Shown here: in pieces, positions 58,100 through 64,000 of the stretch
How the letters are laid out: every line of letters starts with the position of its first letter
Position numbering within the stretch: the stretch's first letter is position 1
From: Eledone cirrhosa
Taxonomy: Eukaryota
NCBI GenBank assembly: GCA_964016885.1
Contig: OZ024742.1
Location: forward strand, 34,782,001 to 34,846,000
DNA: 64,000 bases
Direction: 5' to 3'
Notes under the pieces: model-generated
Database searches by the model: none
What the model was told of the DNA's origin: nothing
Seen by the model: the letters and a program-made list of their open reading frames with translations, nothing else
Position numbers and translations under genes: made by a program

Positions 58100-58312
58100 G
58101 AGGGTAATCAAAAAAGTAAGGTCTCCAAAGCGATGGGAACGCAGAGAAACTGTTCGTACGGCTGTTGGCAACACTGTTGCGATTGGTGCTTCCTTCACTC
58201 CCAAACAAGCATGCGCGCGCTTCGCTGGGATGATCAATCTTGGCTTGGCAGCCGTTGAGAATGGAGCTCCCGTTGAACGCTACTGCCAAGTGCGAATTTC
58301 GCGCAGTTATTA
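58099..58312 (+). mobile_element. Mariner transposon 5' end (truncated)
   Basis: TA|CGAGGG.. TIR start; ATG at 58261 gives MELPLNATAKCEFRAVI, a mariner transposase-like N-terminus. Confidence 0.7.
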
Positions 58313-58337
58313 TTATTACTATATATATATATATGTA

Positions 58338-58403
<66 letters not shown>

Positions 58404-58426
58404 TGTATGTATATATATATATATAT

Positions 58427-59557
<1,131 letters not shown>

Positions 59558-61419
59558 TTGGAATAAATGCTCTGAAATAGCGATATATATGTGAATATAG
59601 ACATAGAATATTCGAAAATATTCTGTATGTTTATAATAAACATTTTGAAGACCTAATCGCTATAGAATAGAATACGTCACGTATTACAATTAGATTCTCG
59701 ATAAAAGCAAGGGAAGTAATCTACGCGTTTCATTCTTGTTAGAAATCATCAGGACTACATATCCAGTGCTTTTATCGAGAATGACACAGCTAGAGACTTA
59801 TAGAATACTTAGCTGTGTACAGGAACTGGTTTGAAAGAGCGGTTGCCGGTCCGGCAGAAATTAGAAATTGGAATAAATGCTCTGAAATAGCGATATATAT
59901 GTGAATATAGACATAGAATATTCGAAAATATTCTGTATGTTTATAATAAACATTTTGAAGACCTAATCACTATAGAATAGAATACGTCACGTATTACAAG
60001 CACTGGATATGTAGTCCTGATGATTTCTAACAAGAATGAAACGCGTAGATTACTTCCCTTGCTTTTATCGAGAATCTAATTGTAATACGTGACGTATTCT
60101 ATTCTATAGCGATTAGGTCTTCAAAATGTTTATTATAAACATACAGAATATTTTCGAATATTCTATGTCTATATTCACATATATATCGCTATTTCAGAGC
60201 ATTTATTCCAATTTCTAATTTCTGCCGGACCGGCAACCGCTCTTTCAAACCAGTTCCTGTACACAGCTAAGTATTCTATAAGTCTCTAGCTGTGTCATTC
60301 TCGATAAAAGCACTGGATATGTAGTCCTGATGATTTCTAACAAGAATGAAACGCGTAGATTACTTCCCTTGCTTTTATCGAGAATCTAATTGTAATACGT
60401 GACGTATTCTATTCTATAGCGATTAGGTCTTCAAAATGTTTATTATAAACATACAGAATATTTTCGAATATTCTATGTCTATATTCACATATATATCGCT
60501 ATTTCAGAGCATTTATTCCAATTTCTAATTTCTGCCGGACCGGCAACCGCTCTTTCAAACCAGTTCCTGTACACAGCTAAGTATTCTATAAGTCTCTAGC
60601 TGTGTCATTCTCGATAAAAGCACTGGATATGTAGTCCTGATGATTTCTAACAAGAATGAAACGCGTAGATTACTTCCCTTGCTTTTATCGAGAATCTAAT
60701 TGTAATACGTGACGTATTCTATTCTATAGCGATTAGGTCTTCAAAATGTTTATTATAAACATACAGAATATTTTCGAATATTCTATGTCTATATTCACAT
60801 ATATATCGCTATTTCAGAGCATTTATTCCAATTTCTAATTTCTGCCGGACCGGCAACCGCTCTTTCAAACCAGTTCCTGTACACAGCTAAGTATTCTATA
60901 AGTCTCTAGCTGTGTCATTCTCGATAAAAGCACTGGATATGTAGTCCTGATGATTTCTAACAAGAATGAAACGCGTAGATTACTTCCCTTGCTTTTATCG
61001 AGAATCTAATTGTAATACGTGACGTATTCTATTCTATAGCGATTAGGTCTTCAAAATGTTTATTATAAACATACAGAATATTTTCGAATATTCTATGTCT
61101 ATATTCACATATATATCGCTATTTCAGAGCATTTATTCCAATTTCTAATTTCTGCCGGACCGGCAACCGCTCTTTCAAACCAGTTCCTGTACACAGCTAA
61201 GTATTCTATAAGTCTCTAGCTGTGTCATTCTCGATAAAAGCACTGGATATGTAGTCCTGATGATTTCTAACAAGAATGAAACGCGTAGATTACTTCCCTT
61301 GCTTTTATCGAGAATCTAATTGTAATACGTGACGTATTCTATTCTATAGCGATTAGGTCTTCAAAATGTTTATTATAAACATACAGAATATTTTCGAATA
61401 TTCTATGTCTATATTCACA

Positions 61420-61420
<1 letters not shown>
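59558..61420 (+). mobile_element. Retrozyme-like array: 310-bp HHR-bearing unit, ~1.4 inverted copies (59558-59999) + ~4.6 direct copies (59998-61420), in (TA)n
   Basis: Exact 310-nt period (GTAGTCCTGATGA at 60011, 60321, 60631, 60941, 61251). Reverse HHR at 59716-59758. No listed ORF spans a unit. Confidence 0.9.
60011..60053 (+). ncRNA. Type I hammerhead ribozyme (repeats every 310 nt, five + copies)
   Basis: Stem I GTAGTC/GATTAC, CTGATGA, stem II TTCT-AACA-AGAA, GAAAC-GC-GTA (palindrome ACGCGT). Cleavage predicted after 60047. Confidence 0.9.
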
Positions 61421-62046
<626 letters not shown>

Positions 62047-62273
62047 GATCGAGTATCGAAAAATCGGCGCACGAGTTCACGATAAACAATATTCGAAATG
62101 AGCGGCAGAGGGCTCAATAATTCAGATGAATCAGAGCTATAACTATCGTTAAAATACCGTCACACATAGAACAAGTCTACAATCAACCATACGATAAAAA
62201 ATCGATAATAGAAGATTCGGGACAAACAGATAAAAAATATCAATAAAACAATACATCAATAATTTAAATATAC

Positions 62274-62302
<29 letters not shown>

Positions 62303-62304
<2 letters not shown>

Positions 62305-63055
62305 GGACGAAAAAACGGGTCAGTACTATACGAACATGCTAGACAACAACATGACGGTAACATAGACAACATAGAAATTAGAATAATATCTAAACATAAG
62401 AATGACCCAGCAGATAGGCAAATCAGAGAGGCCAGTGAAATAGAAATTAGAAGACCAAAGCTAAACAGAAAGAATGAGTGGAACAACAACACCCAAACAA
62501 ACAACACTGACCTAAGACAAGTATAAATAAGTAAATCAAATCAAATAAAATAAGATAAATAAATACATACACAAGCACAATAACAACAAGCACATAAACA
62601 CACACTAGTCACCCAGCAGACACAACACTATACACACTAGTCACACAGCACACATAACACTATACACACACGCAAACGCATGCGCAAAGAAGACAAAATA
62701 AAATAAAATAAACAAACAAGCAAATAAATAAATAAATATATAGACAGACTGGATAAAAAATGGCGTAGACATACAACACAACAGGAGGAACAAAGAATAT
62801 AACACCACTGACGATGTTGCAGATGTGCAACGAAAGATTTATGTAAATTATGTAAACTATATATATGTGTTTGTGTCTATATTGTATCTGTATTATTTTT
62901 GACCGTCGGTCAGTCAATGGCAACATTGAGGACCGAGTAAGTTAGATCGCAGATATAAAAGACAGCGAGAAGCGAAAACCAACCAAACAGTGAGTGTGTT
63001 CTGTTATTAATTCTGGCAATATTACGCAAATATGACCCTCCCCAAGTATAACAAT
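62303..63055 (+). mobile_element. 5'-truncated PLE (endonuclease end + pLTR with degenerate HHR at ~62804-62843), relative of family B
   Basis: CTGACGA-T-GTTGCA gatg TGCAAC-GAAA; terminus ATGACCCTCCCCAAGTATAACAAT; (TA)n on both sides. Confidence 0.7.
62305..62526 (+). pseudogene. C-terminal fragment of a PLE GIY-YIG endonuclease (Nematis-like)
   Basis: Manual translation: GRKNGSVLYEHARQQHDGNIDNIEIRIISKHKNDPADRQIREASEIEIRRPKLNRKNEW...*; no start codon, so absent from the ORF track. Confidence 0.7.
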
Positions 63056-63060
63056 ATATG

Positions 63061-63282
<222 letters not shown>

Positions 63283-63323
63283 CATATATCGTTCCTAGGT
63301 TTTTAACCCTAGGAAAGGAAAAT

Positions 63324-63404
63324 GCTTCTCTGATGATCTTTGTTTATCCATTAATATCCATAGGATATCTAATGTTTTGCAAAGTGAAACTGTACAGTAA
63401 GGGC
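63324..63404 (+). ncRNA. Type I hammerhead ribozyme with long stem II in a (TA)n-flanked element (~63289-63520)
   Basis: GCTTCT-CTGATGA-T-CTTTG...TATCC ata GGATA...CAAAG-T-GAAAC-TGTACA-GTA-AGGGC; palindrome ACTGTACAGT. Confidence 0.75.
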
Positions 63405-63518
63405 CATCTGAGTAGGTAAATATTTATATTATATTTTTTAATTTTAATTAATTTTAATTTTAAATTAATTTTGATTTATTTTGAAAAATTGGTTGAATTT
63501 TACTTGTTCTGCTTATCT

Positions 63519-63605
<87 letters not shown>

Positions 63606-64000
63606 GATATAGCCAGAGAATGATGTATTTATATACACACTGGAAGTCACCATATATCCATAATTTAGAGGACGTGTGTGGTTAGTATATACTCTGATGA
63701 GCGTCAATGTGTGTATGTGTATCTGCGCGCGCACTGACATGTGTTTGTGTTTGAACGGATGAATCTATGTGTTTGAATGTGTGAATGAATATGTGGGTTT
63801 TGTATTTCAGTCTCATGGCTACGCTGCTGCTTAATCTATTAGATTAGAGTTTCATCGGAAATAGAAAATGCTTAGACTGCAGAAGATGGTGTATATGTAA
63901 AGAGAAAGAAAGAATTTAAGAAACTAATTTGAAACTAAGCACTGTTTGTAGCCTGTTGTTACATTTGTACGTATGTATGTGTGATTTGGACATTCTTTCT

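Overview
AT-rich, microsatellite-dense animal DNA; the SINE families and repeat landscape suggest a cephalopod or other mollusc such as Octopus (inference). I found no recognisable host gene. Protein-coding content is all transposon-derived: a decayed Penelope-like element (PLE, Naiad-type RT + GIY-YIG) at 112-2184 (-), three head-to-tail Tx1-clade LINEs stacked in one (TATC)n tract (21.3-35.2 kb), and RTE, mariner and PLE endonuclease fragments. A non-autonomous Helitron, a MITE and many tRNA-derived SINEs are also present. The ORF track misses the strongest signal: the short unique islands between (TA)n tracts are mostly PLE-type elements carrying type I hammerhead ribozymes (HHRs), from about 10 dissimilar families. 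Many have fold-back duplications and share a 3' motif. The best example is a young, near-perfect 310-bp tandem array (59.56-61.42 kb) with one complete HHR per highly structured unit, i.e. a non-LTR retrozyme / circular-RNA-type element. All folds were paired by eye, not computed.
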